NCBI GenBank assembly: GCA_039683575.1
Contig: JBDKRC010000255.1
Span: 1-36,159 of the forward strand
Length of the DNA stretch: 36,159 nucleotides
Direction of reading: 5' to 3'
Source: Armatimonadia bacterium
Lineage (GTDB): Bacteria; Armatimonadota; Zipacnadia; Zipacnadales; UBA11051
The translations under genes were made by a program, and so were the position numbers. Below the pieces are notes generated by a model. The model was given only the letters and a program-made list of their open reading frames with translations. It was not told the origin of the DNA and did not search any database. How positions within the stretch are numbered: position 1 is the stretch's first letter; every line of letters begins with the position of its first letter. This document shows positions 8,604 to 17,944 of the stretch, piece by piece.

Positions 8604-9137
8604 CTACTGCCGCCGGCTGGCCACCCAGCAGTCTATTCGCCCCGTCTGCCATTCGGCATTGAGGCGGATATCGTCAGCGCCGGCCAGTCCGCCCGGCTCC
8701 GAAGGTGGGGGAGGGGAGGCCGCGGGGACGATCTCCCACCAGCACTTGCAGTCATGGTTGTGCTCGTGGTGGACCACAAACCCCGCCTCACGCAGCACGG
8801 GCTCGATCCAGCCCATGCAGTGCTCACAATAGTCATGGTAATTCGCCTGCCCGTGGGCCTTGAGCAGCCCCTGTGACGGGCAGGCGTACATGTCTATGCG
8901 GAAGGCATCGGGCGTGCGGACCGAGGTGTAACCCGCCTCCTCCTCGGCCAGCGTATGGCCCCAGTACTCCTCCATCCCATCGAAGCCGTTGGGAATTATG
9001 AGTTCCCGCGCGTGAAGCTGCGAATCCTGCGAGATGCACTCTTCCCAGTAAGCCCGAAGCCCTTCCTCGCCCTGAGTGCGGCGCAGGTACTCAAACGTCC
9101 AGTCGTAGATCAGTATGAACTCAGCGCAGCCGATCAT
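8604..9137 (-). CDS. Hypothetical Cys-rich protein, V4R/ATC-hydrolase-like fold (paralog B)
   Basis: GEEGLRAYW, CPS, YCEHC and distal C; 4-nt overlap with the upstream paralog. Confidence 0.7.
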   Translation of the reverse strand: MIGCAEFILIYDWTFEYLRRTQGEEGLRAYWEECISQDSQLHARELIIPNGFDGMEEYWGHTLAEEEAGYTSVRTPDAFRIDMYACPSQGLLKAHGQANYHDYCEHCMGWIEPVLREAGFVVHHEHNHDCKCWWEIVPAASPPPPSEPGGLAGADDIRLNAEWQTGRIDCWVASRRQ

Positions 9138-9556
9138 GAGCGGTCACCCCGGGTAAACACCTGCCGACACGTTCCCCTGCCGCCCTCGACCTTCACTCCA
9201 ATCCCCGCCGGTTCGCAGAACGCCGCCGACACATGGGTGCAGTGCTCGCAGTACAGCGGCATGATCTCGCGCCCGTGCGCGCGCAGGTGCTTGATTGCCG
9301 GGCAAGTGTGAACGGTCAAGACCAACGCCTCCTCCGCAAGCTCCAGCGACACCTTCGCCCCCGGCTCCTCGGCGTAGAAGCTCTCCCAATAGTCCCGCAG
9401 GGCAGGCAGGCCGCCTTCTTTCAGCCGCTCTGTCAGGGGGGCATAGTGCTGCCGCCCGAGCGCCCGCCAGTACTCCCGCAGACCGCCCTCCCCGCAGCGT
9501 TCGAGCATCCACCGGAAGGTGGCATTGATGGCGAAATAGAAGTCCGGCGCAGCCAT
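9134..9556 (-). CDS. Hypothetical Cys-rich protein, V4R/ATC-hydrolase-like fold (paralog A)
   Basis: GEGGLREYW, CPA, YCEHC and distal C; AAGGAGG RBS. Confidence 0.7.
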   Translation of the reverse strand: MAAPDFYFAINATFRWMLERCGEGGLREYWRALGRQHYAPLTERLKEGGLPALRDYWESFYAEEPGAKVSLELAEEALVLTVHTCPAIKHLRAHGREIMPLYCEHCTHVSAAFCEPAGIGVKVEGGRGTCRQVFTRGDRS

Positions 9557-9565
9557 GGGGCCTCC

Positions 9566-10828
9566 TTACGCAACGCTCCCGGTCAGACTAACCTTCTCGC
9601 AGTTCACCTGCTTGACTGTCTCGGCCATCGTGCCCGCAGGATCGGTGAACACGCACCCGCTCACCGCCACCCTGTCGCAGTCAGTGAGGCTGATTGCCAC
9701 GCCACGGGTATTGCGGAAGCTGCACCCGCTGATGCTCAGCCCGGTGCAGGCCTCGGCGGTGATGGCCCCCTCACAATTCTCCGCCACGATGCCACTGATC
9801 GCGCATCCGTCAACCTGCCGCAACTCAATCCCGCCCGGCGTCACGCCGTAGTCCGGGTTGTTATCCAGAATAGTCGCATTGATTGCGATATGCTCGCAAT
9901 TCTCGGCCACGATATTGCGCCTGTGTCCTGACACATGCGTGTTGTTGCCGAGTACGATCCCACGTGCGTAGCGGCACAGGATGTTAACTTCCTGGCTGCT
10001 GATCAGGTTGCCGCTGACCGTCAGCAGGCCCACTTTCAGCATATTCTGCGCATTGATCCCCTCGAGCCGCACATTGGCCCCATCCGGCGTCGGTGTGGCC
10101 TGAATGGTATTGCCGCAGATGGCGCCCTCGCGGATCCCGATAGGCCCCGCGATGAACCACACATCGCCCGCCGGCCCGGTCTCATCGTCAGGATCGCGGT
10201 TGTACTCGATGTCGTTGCCCACAATCTGGACGTTCCTGACATTGCCCTCGACGATCTTGATCCCGCCGCGGAAGTTGTAGCTGATGTGACAGCCGTGGAT
10301 GTTGATCTGGTGCAGGTTCACATCATCGAGGAAGACGCCGATGCCGTAGTTGTGGTACACATGACAGTCCGCGATGATGATGTTGCGGTTGTGGTTCGGG
10401 ATGTGAATGCCATGCAGGCACTCGCGGACAGTCACCCGCGAGATGATAGCCATGTACGTGTGCTCGAGCCGGATACCGTCACCTCCGGCGCTGCTGCCCA
10501 CGATCTCAATGTCCGACACGAGCGGCATCAACTCCGCAGCACCCACCTCCGGGGTCAGTTCCTCCGGGCTGGCGCTGCCTTTGTGGGTCCCGATGATGTG
10601 CAGCGCGGGCTCGTCGGAATAGTTCAGAAGCCGCGCACCGGCAGACCGGATGAAGGTCTGCTTCCGCTGGTCCAGGCGCACCTTCAGGCCAGTCCCGAGG
10701 CGATAGTCGCCCTGCGGGAAGAAGACGATCCCGTGAGTCTCGTCCAGCGCGCGTTGGATCGCCGGGCTGTCATCGGCCTCCCCGTCGCCGATGGCGCCGA
10801 AGTCTTTGACGTTGATGTAGTTTTCCAT
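9566..10828 (-). CDS. Right-handed parallel beta-helix protein (pectate-lyase superfamily)
   Basis: INVKDFGAIGDGEADDSPAIQRALD..FFPQGDY start, then repeated I..C/N.I..N..G beta-helix units; no signal peptide; AGGAG RBS. Confidence 0.85.
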   Translation of the reverse strand: MENYINVKDFGAIGDGEADDSPAIQRALDETHGIVFFPQGDYRLGTGLKVRLDQRKQTFIRSAGARLLNYSDEPALHIIGTHKGSASPEELTPEVGAAELMPLVSDIEIVGSSAGGDGIRLEHTYMAIISRVTVRECLHGIHIPNHNRNIIIADCHVYHNYGIGVFLDDVNLHQINIHGCHISYNFRGGIKIVEGNVRNVQIVGNDIEYNRDPDDETGPAGDVWFIAGPIGIREGAICGNTIQATPTPDGANVRLEGINAQNMLKVGLLTVSGNLISSQEVNILCRYARGIVLGNNTHVSGHRRNIVAENCEHIAINATILDNNPDYGVTPGGIELRQVDGCAISGIVAENCEGAITAEACTGLSISGCSFRNTRGVAISLTDCDRVAVSGCVFTDPAGTMAETVKQVNCEKVSLTGSVA

Positions 10829-10852
10829 GGTGTTCTCCTGCAGTTGTGGGTA

Positions 10853-13800
10853 TCAGAACCCTACCGTGACCGTCGCAGGGGTGAAGCTCGCACTGGCGGT
10901 GGCCCCACTGCAGACATCCCGCACGGTGAGCTTCCACGTCCCCTGCACGTCGTTCAGAGCCATCAGGAAGCTGCCAGCGACGGGCTTGCTGCCGAGGATG
11001 AGGTTGCGGGCGTAGTCGCGATATTCCTTGCCGTCCGGCCCCGTCACCGTCAGCCGCACGACCTGCTTACGGTTGTCATTGCCATTCTTCAGGCTGACAT
11101 TGTAGCGCACTACCCCTCCAGCCTTCTGCAAAGGCTCTGCAAGCGTGAGTTGCGGTGCCGCGAGCGGCTCGGGCGACAGGCAGTACACTCGCGCCTGCTG
11201 GCCCTCAAACGTCGTCTTCACTTCCTGGCGCTTGCCCAGCGCTTCGCCCTTCCGCATGTCATAGACATACCAGTTCACTGGCAGCTTTACCGTCGCCAGT
11301 TCGTCCTTGTCCCCGGGTCCGCGCTGCAGTCCCAGATAGATCAGGTCCCAGGCCCGATTCCGTGTCACTTCCACATTCGCAGCCTGCCCCGAGGCAAACT
11401 GCACTGGGTACTGGGGCTTCACGCCCGCGCCGCCCACAATCGCGAGCAGGATGGCCCGGATCTGCTTCTCGCCGGGGCTGTGGAACGTCCGCTCGCTCTC
11501 ATACGGCCGCAGGTCAGCGTTCAGGTACCACGCCTGCCCTTTGCCGACCTTGTTCTGCAGCAGAGCCGGTGCCTTCGATGCACCAGCCGAAGTCGCGCCA
11601 GCGGTTGCCCCCGCGGCTGTGATCGCCTCTGCTGCGCTCAGCTTCACCTCCGGGGCCTCCGCGCCCGGCACGGTGACATTCAGCCCGAGCGTTGTGTCCG
11701 GCTGCCCGCCCCGCTGCAGCCCGAACAGGCTGTCCAGCATCCCCGGCGACTGCTTGCGGCATAGCCCGTCCAGCACCCCGACGTTGTAGTCGGCGATAAC
11801 CGTCCCGCCATTCTTGACGAAAGTCCCCAACTCCGCCTTTTCCTTCGCCGTAATGGCGAAGGACTCGGGCAGAATGACCACCTTATACCGCTCAAAGTCG
11901 TTCTTCGGGTTGTTGAGCAGCCCGCTCTCGATCTGCTCGGTCGCCACGAAGTTGTACTGCAGCCCGCAGTCTTCCAGCAGCTTCACCCACACGTCGCGCA
12001 CGTCTTTGTGCTCTTCCTCTTTCGAGAGCAGTTGCGCCCCATTGATGGCCGCCTGGCTGTAATGTATGGCTATGCCATCATGCTGCCACGAGCCCGCGCG
12101 GACCTGATCCCAGATACCCTTCCGGAACTCCTCGCACAGCGCCAGAGTATCCCGGCCGGACTCGCTGAAAGTGAAGTCGTTGTAGTAGAAGATCGAGGTC
12201 GTCCACGCGCTGACGCTCTGCGTGTCATGCAGCAGACACCAGAACATGTTGTACTCAATCTGCCGCCCCGCCTGCCAGTAGCCCGCGTAGTACGGCGTCT
12301 GCTGCACGCCGGTATACGGCGCGAAGGAGCGCCGCATCTCGTTCGACCAGCCCGTATTGTAGGCATGGTAGTAGTTGAAGCCCCTGGACATCTTCCACCA
12401 GTCCATGCCGTTGCCGGCCCGCGGCTCCTGGGTGCCCGAGAGCCCCGCCCGCGCCGCCGGGTCAACCTTCTTCAGGTTCTGCTCGACCTCAGCACAGAAT
12501 CCCGCCATCGTGTCGTTCATGAACTCCCGGAACTCCGCCCAACCAGCCGCGTTGTCACGGGCCTTGGCCTCATCGAGCGTCAGCGGCATGACCTCGTCCC
12601 AGGTCGGGTAAGTGGTGTCCCAGGCCTTGTTGAGCGCCTCGACCGACGCGTAGCGCTTCTTCAGCCACTCCCGGAAGTCCGCCAAACTGCGCGGGTCGAA
12701 GTCGAAGTCATAGTACCGCGTATAGTGCGTCAGGCTCATCTCGTCGCCCATGCAGTAGTCGTACGGACTCCCGAGCGCGAGGTCGTCCTTCGCTACCTGT
12801 TCCATGCGCGCCATGACCTTCGCCCGCCACTCGCGGTCCGCCAGCGACGGCGTGCGGACCAGGTACTGCTTGTCCTTGGTCTGTTGGTACTTGGCCGACT
12901 TGCCGGCGAAGTCTTTCTCCATGAAGTCCGCGACATCTTTGCCCATGTTCCCGAGCAGGCCCAGATGCGCGTAGTTGATGTTGTGCCACAGGTTCTCCCA
13001 CGTCTTCCCGTTACCGGTCTCGACGCTGCCACCGAAGGCAATATCAACCAATGCCTCAACCCGCGGCGCGAGGTGCTCGTTCAGGTACTCCGACCGCCAG
13101 GGGAAGATCCCATTCCAACTCGTCAGCTTGAATCGTTCCCAGTCGCGCGGCGCCACACACAGCACCTTCGCATACGCCACATCGGTCTGCCCCTGCGGCC
13201 CTGCCGCAACGACCTGCCACTGCAGTCCCTGCGACCGCAGTTCCTGCGGATTGGCCGTGAAGGTCTGTTCCTCCAACCCACCCAACGGCCGCGTCTCCTG
13301 CCACAGCAGTCGCCCATGCGTGTCAGTCAACTTGGCGCTCAGCGAGTACCCGGCCTGCAGCGGCGCCAGCCCGTCCAGCGCCACCGTGAGCTTCAGCGGC
13401 TCCGTCGGGGCAAACGCCACATCATATAGCTGCCCCTTCCGGTCCGCCCGCGTGCCCATGACTGTCGTCTTCTCAGGCGTCAGTGCCTTCACCGCCAGCG
13501 GTGCCGTCGTCTGCACATAGGTCTGCGCCCACGCCACATGCGCCCCGGCTGGATTGCTGACGATCACATTCACCGTGTTCAGCCCTGCCGGCAGCGTGGC
13601 CGGCACGGGTATCCGCACCTCGGCCTCCTCGCCGTGTCGCGCCACTTCGGCGCCCGGTAGTGCTTCCCCCCACCGGTTGCGGAAGTCCGCCATGACCTTC
13701 AGTTCGCCTGCGGGCGCCTTCAGACGCAGCAGCACCTCCGCCTTCTCACCATACCGGTGCTCTCTGAGAGGCTCAAGCGATACCAAATCCACTCCCGTAT

Positions 13801-16264
13801 CCCGCTTCGCCGCCCACGCCGACAGCCGCGCCAGCAGCGCATAGTATGGCTCCCAGTACTCCCAGGTCATGTTCTTGTAGTCATCGCGCAGGAACGCGCC
13901 ACGGTACGAGAAGATGGGGATCAGCCCGGCGTAGCCCCGGTACGACATCGCATGGGTCAGCGTGTCATACGTCAGCACCGCCGTCCGCCCCTCGCCGAGC
14001 TTGTTGGTCACCAAGAGCGGCTTCCCGTCCTCCCACGTCGCCAGGACCTGCCCGGTGGGCTCGGAGGTATAAGACATGCGCCGCGTAGGAGGCAGGATAT
14101 CCCACGGCAGCCCCGCCGTCAGTGGCGAGGCCTCCGTCGGCAGCCACTTGCTGTAGGCCCACATGCTGCGATCCTTGGCCACGCCCAGGATCGGCGCCAG
14201 CTCTTCGCCGTCTTTCACGCCATCCGGCTCAATGGCAATCAACCCCGCCCCCGCCTTGACCTGCTCCATCAGCGCCGCCCGCGTCTCGGGCTTGAAGTGC
14301 GTGTTCCAGTTGAACCCCGAAATGATGAACAGGTCGTACTTGTTGGCCTTCAGATAGTCCAGCAGGCGCTTGTTGGCCTGTTCCGGCGTCGAAATCGAGC
14401 GGTCTCCGCAGTACAGTTCCTCGTCCCAGAACATGGTCCGGAACTTCACATACGTCAGGTCCATCTGCAGCCGCTGCTTGAGCTCGATTACCTCGCGGGC
14501 CACAAAGTCATCGCACAGCACAATCGCCTTGATAGGCCCACCTGCCAGCGGATTCCCCCACGGGACGTGCGGTGTCACCACCTCATCGCTCAGGTCATGG
14601 CGCGGCAGCGCCACCTTCTCCTCCGCGCCCAGCCCGACGCGCTCTTCGAGCGGCTTGCGGGTGTATGCGATCTGCCCGCCGCCCCGGCTGAAGGGCCGCT
14701 CGAAGTCATCCAGCACCCTCCCGGCGCGGCTGAGCTGCACGTTCACCACGTACGACCCCGCGGCCAGCGCGCCCAGAGCCCCCGACGTCTCGCCAGGCTT
14801 GGCCCCTGTAACCTCAAACCCCGCTACTGGCCGCCAATCCCCCTGCGGCAATGACCGGAAGCGAATGTTGGCCTGCACCGGCGCAGAGGCCGGATTGGCC
14901 AGTTGCACCCGCACCGTCACCTTCGTGGGCTCGGCGTCGTTGTCAAAGCTGATGCTGCCGATGGCCTCGCCCACGACCCCATCCACCCGCGCCTGCCCCG
15001 CAAAGGGCAGCAGCGTGACATCTGTCTCGAAAGACTGCCCGGCCTTCAGCGGCATCCGGTTGTAGCGCCACTCGTGCGTGGCAGTCGGGCTCCCGACCCC
15101 TGCCCAGTGGTACACGCAGTTCAGGTACTTGAAGTCCATCGTCGCGGCCAGTCCCGCCTTCTCGCTGCAGACCGCCGTCCAGCCCCGGGCCAGGTTGTAA
15201 TGCCACACATCGCTCTGCTTCGGGGCCTTGCCGGGCTCGAACACGAACTCCTTCACGCCCTCCTCGGTGGGCGTGTAGTACCGGTTGGTCTGCCCCGGCA
15301 CCCCCAGGAAGTTGTGGCCCCACAGTCCGTACGTGTAGTCGGTCTGCGAAGACGGCTCATTCTGCAGCTTGTAATGCACCCGCACCACCGCGCTGTCGCG
15401 GCTGATCTCGACGCGCTTGGTGAGCGTGGTGAAGCTCATCATCCCGCCCGCCCCCGTCACCGACAGCTCCACCCACGCGGTCTTGTCGTCTCCGCCCATG
15501 CGGTAGCTGTAGGGCCGCTCGGCGAACATGTATGGCGGCGCCCAGAGCTGGTCCCGCAGCAGTCCATACCCCGCCCCCCCCGACCCCACCAACTCCGCTT
15601 GCGCGGGCTTATACAGCAAGCTCCGGCACATCCCGCCGCTCAGCGGGCCGAACACCAGCCGGATCACTGAGTTCTCCAGGATGACATCCGGCTTGCCGTC
15701 CTTGTCCACGTCAACCTCACGCGCCGAAGGCTTGGCATCGTTAACAAGGGGGATGGTGATCTCCGGCGGTCCCTGCTTGGTGGCCACCGAGCCAAACAGC
15801 TCTATCTCGCCAATCGACAGCAGCCCCGAGGTGTTGAAGACCAGCCGGAGCTTGTCGGTTGTGGTAGTGAAGTCTTTGACTTCCAGCTTGAAGTTGCTTT
15901 CCTGGGTCGGCCCCCAGAACCCCGTGCCGGTGCCCAGATCGCGGTAGTTGCCAAACTCCAGCGCCTGCACCGTCCACTTCGCCAGCTTGTAGTTGTTATT
16001 GGGCCGCGAGACGTGCACGGCCACCCCGGTCACCTGTGACGCCTGCGCCAGGTCCAGATCGAGCGTGATCGTCCCGCCGGCATAGATCACGCGTTTGGTG
16101 GTGACGCCGTCAGCCAGGTCGCGCCCGGTCTTGTCCGTCCAGTCGGCGCTCAGGTACCTGCTGTCTGTGCGGTAGCCCCACCCGTCCAGCTTGGCCGCGC
16201 CCTGTGCGAAAGCCGGACTGAGCAGTACAGCAATAAGGAACACCCCGAGAATGATCTGGCGCAC
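10853..16264 (-). CDS. Giant secreted multidomain GH42/beta-galactosidase-like protein (~1800 aa)
   Basis: AGGAGG then GTG at 16264; signal peptide; FREWLKKRYASVEALNKAWDT GH42-like motif; GDE; trimerisation-like domain (YKVVILP..FVKNGGTVIAD); discoidin-like N-terminus; Ig-like C-terminus. Confidence 0.75.
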   Translation of the reverse strand: MRQIILGVFLIAVLLSPAFAQGAAKLDGWGYRTDSRYLSADWTDKTGRDLADGVTTKRVIYAGGTITLDLDLAQASQVTGVAVHVSRPNNNYKLAKWTVQALEFGNYRDLGTGTGFWGPTQESNFKLEVKDFTTTTDKLRLVFNTSGLLSIGEIELFGSVATKQGPPEITIPLVNDAKPSAREVDVDKDGKPDVILENSVIRLVFGPLSGGMCRSLLYKPAQAELVGSGGAGYGLLRDQLWAPPYMFAERPYSYRMGGDDKTAWVELSVTGAGGMMSFTTLTKRVEISRDSAVVRVHYKLQNEPSSQTDYTYGLWGHNFLGVPGQTNRYYTPTEEGVKEFVFEPGKAPKQSDVWHYNLARGWTAVCSEKAGLAATMDFKYLNCVYHWAGVGSPTATHEWRYNRMPLKAGQSFETDVTLLPFAGQARVDGVVGEAIGSISFDNDAEPTKVTVRVQLANPASAPVQANIRFRSLPQGDWRPVAGFEVTGAKPGETSGALGALAAGSYVVNVQLSRAGRVLDDFERPFSRGGGQIAYTRKPLEERVGLGAEEKVALPRHDLSDEVVTPHVPWGNPLAGGPIKAIVLCDDFVAREVIELKQRLQMDLTYVKFRTMFWDEELYCGDRSISTPEQANKRLLDYLKANKYDLFIISGFNWNTHFKPETRAALMEQVKAGAGLIAIEPDGVKDGEELAPILGVAKDRSMWAYSKWLPTEASPLTAGLPWDILPPTRRMSYTSEPTGQVLATWEDGKPLLVTNKLGEGRTAVLTYDTLTHAMSYRGYAGLIPIFSYRGAFLRDDYKNMTWEYWEPYYALLARLSAWAAKRDTGVDLVSLEPLREHRYGEKAEVLLRLKAPAGELKVMADFRNRWGEALPGAEVARHGEEAEVRIPVPATLPAGLNTVNVIVSNPAGAHVAWAQTYVQTTAPLAVKALTPEKTTVMGTRADRKGQLYDVAFAPTEPLKLTVALDGLAPLQAGYSLSAKLTDTHGRLLWQETRPLGGLEEQTFTANPQELRSQGLQWQVVAAGPQGQTDVAYAKVLCVAPRDWERFKLTSWNGIFPWRSEYLNEHLAPRVEALVDIAFGGSVETGNGKTWENLWHNINYAHLGLLGNMGKDVADFMEKDFAGKSAKYQQTKDKQYLVRTPSLADREWRAKVMARMEQVAKDDLALGSPYDYCMGDEMSLTHYTRYYDFDFDPRSLADFREWLKKRYASVEALNKAWDTTYPTWDEVMPLTLDEAKARDNAAGWAEFREFMNDTMAGFCAEVEQNLKKVDPAARAGLSGTQEPRAGNGMDWWKMSRGFNYYHAYNTGWSNEMRRSFAPYTGVQQTPYYAGYWQAGRQIEYNMFWCLLHDTQSVSAWTTSIFYYNDFTFSESGRDTLALCEEFRKGIWDQVRAGSWQHDGIAIHYSQAAINGAQLLSKEEEHKDVRDVWVKLLEDCGLQYNFVATEQIESGLLNNPKNDFERYKVVILPESFAITAKEKAELGTFVKNGGTVIADYNVGVLDGLCRKQSPGMLDSLFGLQRGGQPDTTLGLNVTVPGAEAPEVKLSAAEAITAAGATAGATSAGASKAPALLQNKVGKGQAWYLNADLRPYESERTFHSPGEKQIRAILLAIVGGAGVKPQYPVQFASGQAANVEVTRNRAWDLIYLGLQRGPGDKDELATVKLPVNWYVYDMRKGEALGKRQEVKTTFEGQQARVYCLSPEPLAAPQLTLAEPLQKAGGVVRYNVSLKNGNDNRKQVVRLTVTGPDGKEYRDYARNLILGSKPVAGSFLMALNDVQGTWKLTVRDVCSGATASASFTPATVTVGF

Positions 16265-16354
16265 GATGAGCCTCCTGAAGCAGTAAGGGCGGCATAGCTT
16301 ACGCAGGCGAATATTGCTCCAGGTCACGCCCAATCACCTTCTCTTGCCTTCCCG

Positions 16355-16383
16355 TTGCGCCAGTTGTCTGCCTGTGCTATGAT
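16355..16383 (+). promoter_or_regulatory. Sigma70-type promoter of the riboflavin operon
   Basis: TTGCGC (16355-16360), 17 nt, TATGAT (16378-16383), with extended TGn. Confidence 0.7.
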
Positions 16384-16430
16384 TCATGTCTCACAAGGGC
16401 CGTAACCGTGCGCGGGAGGCCGTTGCCCAC

Positions 16431-16817
16431 ATGAACTACGTTCATCTAGTAGTACTGGCCTGTATCGCCATGGCGATAGTCATCGGGATCGTCTATCAGT
16501 CCCTCGCCTACGCACGCGGCCGCCTGCTCATTTCGCGACGTCAATTCGTATTGCGGCTGATCAACGGCCTGCTACTGCTCGCCACCATCGCCCTGATCTT
16601 CTATGTGCCGTTCCTGATGCAGCGAGCGCCTGACGTCCGCCTGTTACTGGCCTACTGGGGTATTCTCACGCTGCTGCCGCTAATCGTGGTCGTTCTGGCC
16701 TTTCTGGACCTGCGAGAGCTTTCCAGGACTCGACACCGCCACCAGGCGGAACTGTACCGCAATCTCGCTAACCTGGAGCAGGAACTGCGCTCCAAGGAGA
16801 CTGGGCCCCGCTCATGA
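16431..16817 (+). CDS. Small hypothetical membrane protein (about 3 TM helices, C-terminal coiled coil)
   Basis: Three hydrophobic stretches; GGAGG upstream of ATG 16431; ATGA overlap with ribD. The alternative ATG 16386 is too close to the -10 box. Confidence 0.7.
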   Translation: MNYVHLVVLACIAMAIVIGIVYQSLAYARGRLLISRRQFVLRLINGLLLLATIALIFYVPFLMQRAPDVRLLLAYWGILTLLPLIVVVLAFLDLRELSRTRHRHQAELYRNLANLEQELRSKETGPRS

Positions 16818-17944
16818 ACCCGCGGTACCTTCAGCGCGCGGTTGAACTGGCCACCCGTGGTCTGGGCCGCACTGCCCCGAACCCACCTGTCGGCGCGGTC
16901 ATAGTCAACACCGCTGGCGAAATCGTCGGCGAGGGCTTCCATCCCCGCGCCGGCGAGCCACATGCCGAGGCCCTGGCACTGCGCGCCGCCGGTGATGCCG
17001 CCGCAGGGGCTGACCTGTACTGCACGCTGGAGCCTTGCTGCCATCATGGCCGCACCCCGCCCTGCACCGAAGCGATCATCGCCGCCGGCATCCGGCGGGT
17101 CTGCTACGCCATGCAGGACCCCGACCCGCGTTGCGCCGGAGGTGGGGCAGAGGCCCTGCGCGCCGCCGGCCTCGAGGTCTCGGGTCCGCATGTTGACGAG
17201 ACGGTAACCGAACTCTACGAGCCTTATCTGAAGCACAAACAGACGGGCCTGCCCTTTGTCACCCTCAAGCTGGCCTGCAGCCTCGATGGCAAGGTAGCGA
17301 CCCGCACCGGTGATTCCCGCTGGATCACCTGCGAAGCCTCTCGCGCCCTCGTCCACCGCTGGCGTGACCAGAGCGACGCCATTATGGTCGGCATCGGCAC
17401 AGTTCTGGCCGACGACCCCCGCCTCACGGTTCGCTTGGCCGAAGACGCGCCCTCTTCTGCAAGGCGGGGGCTCGTACCCCGCGGGGACCGCCAGCCCCTG
17501 CGGGTGGTCGTGGACAGCACCGCCAGGACCTCTCCGGAGGCTCAGGTCGTGACCGGTCCAGGGCAGTGCCTCATCGCCGCCTCGGCTTCGGCTGACCGCG
17601 CCCGCGTGGCCGCTCTCGAAGCCGCAGGCGCGCAGGTTGCGCTCCTGCCGTCCGATGACGCGGGCGTGGATCTGACGGCTTTGCTCGACTACCTGGGCCA
17701 GCGAGACATCATGGCCCTCTTCGTCGAGGGTGGCCCGACCCTGGCCGGAGCACTAATCAAGCGCAGCCTGATCGACAAGTACCGCTTCTTCTACGCGCCG
17801 CGCATTCTCGGCGCCGAAGCGCTGTCCGCCTGTGGTACGTTAGGGCTCGACACCGTCTCCGAAGCACAGGCGCTACGCCTCGCGGGGGTGCAGCAACTCG
17901 ACCAGGACGCACTCATAACGGCATATCCATGTTCACAGGACTAG
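16814..17944 (+). CDS. ribD: Riboflavin biosynthesis deaminase/reductase
   Basis: PNPPVGAV, HAE, TLEPCCHHGRTPPC, SLDGK, DDPRLTVR, VEGG. Confidence 0.97.
   Translation: MNPRYLQRAVELATRGLGRTAPNPPVGAVIVNTAGEIVGEGFHPRAGEPHAEALALRAAGDAAAGADLYCTLEPCCHHGRTPPCTEAIIAAGIRRVCYAMQDPDPRCAGGGAEALRAAGLEVSGPHVDETVTELYEPYLKHKQTGLPFVTLKLACSLDGKVATRTGDSRWITCEASRALVHRWRDQSDAIMVGIGTVLADDPRLTVRLAEDAPSSARRGLVPRGDRQPLRVVVDSTARTSPEAQVVTGPGQCLIAASASADRARVAALEAAGAQVALLPSDDAGVDLTALLDYLGQRDIMALFVEGGPTLAGALIKRSLIDKYRFFYAPRILGAEALSACGTLGLDTVSEAQALRLAGVQQLDQDALITAYPCSQD

Noticed and set aside
9935-11764. 609-aa plus-strand ORF
   Set aside because: Antisense shadow of the beta-helix and GH42-like genes; no recognisable motifs; expected in high-GC DNA.
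12008-15670. Several long plus-strand ORFs (473, 365, 255 aa)
   Set aside because: Arg/Pro-rich antisense shadows of the 1800-aa gene.
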